A program made the position numbers and the translations under genes. From the NCBI RefSeq assembly GCF_009914755.1, contig NC_060943.1: DNA of 64,000 nucleotides. One strand, 5' to 3'. The notes beneath the pieces were generated by a model. The model worked only from the letters and a program-made list of their open reading frames with translations, ran no database searches and was not told the origin of the DNA. This document shows, piece by piece, positions 63,687-64,000 of the stretch. Each line of letters begins with the position of its first letter. Within the stretch, counting starts at the first letter, position 1. The stretch is from the human T2T-CHM13v2.0 reference genome, Homo sapiens.

Positions 63687-63719
63687 GTGAGTCCCGGAAG
63701 GGAATCGAGGGAGGGAGTG

Positions 63720-64000
63720 CGGGGATGGAGATCGGGGCCCAGAGTTGGAGATATAGGCCTGGAAGTGGAGTTATGGGCCTAGAGATGGAGTGATGGGCCT
63801 AGAAGTGGAGATCTGGGCCTGGAGTGGAGATATGGGCCTGGAGGTTGAGATATGGGCCTGCAGTAGAGATATGGGCTTGTAGTGGAGACATGGGCCTGGA
63901 GATGGAGATATGGGCCTGGAGATGGAGATATGGGCCTGCAGTAGAGATAGGGGCCTGGAGTGGAGATATGGGCCTGGAGTGGAAATATGGGCCTGAAGTG
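63720..64000. repeat. KIR intron-1 minisatellite (third KIR, cut by window end)
   Basis: GGAGATATGGGCCTGGAGT variants. Confidence 0.95.

Overview
Human 19q13.4 leukocyte receptor complex, at the LILR/KIR boundary; all genes are on the + strand. In order: LILR pseudogene LILRP1 (~5.1-10.1 kb), a fossil receptor-gene remnant I cannot assign to a named gene (~12.9-15.0 kb), LILR pseudogene LILRP2 (~17.4-22.2 kb), a ~10 kb L1/Alu-rich spacer, an intact KIR3DL3 (410 aa, no stem exon), an intact activating KIR2DS2 (304 aa), and the promoter plus exon 1 of the next KIR (by position most likely KIR2DL2). 3DL3 followed by 2DS2 is a centromeric group-B KIR arrangement. The most interesting signal is the fossil between the two LILR pseudogenes. 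It has a KIR-type D2 exon with KIR-like flanking introns, a 51-nt KIR-type stem exon, and an LILRA/FCAR-type Arg-containing transmembrane exon, which suggests a lost KIR/LILRA hybrid activating receptor. Other readable signals are the deletion junction that removed the KIR3DL3 stem exon, latent open frames (KIR2DS2 pseudoexon 3 and 3'UTR ITIM tail; an exon-skipped LILRP2), and several retrotransposition or templated-insertion scars. All alignments were made by eye, and repeat subfamily names are recalled, not searched.
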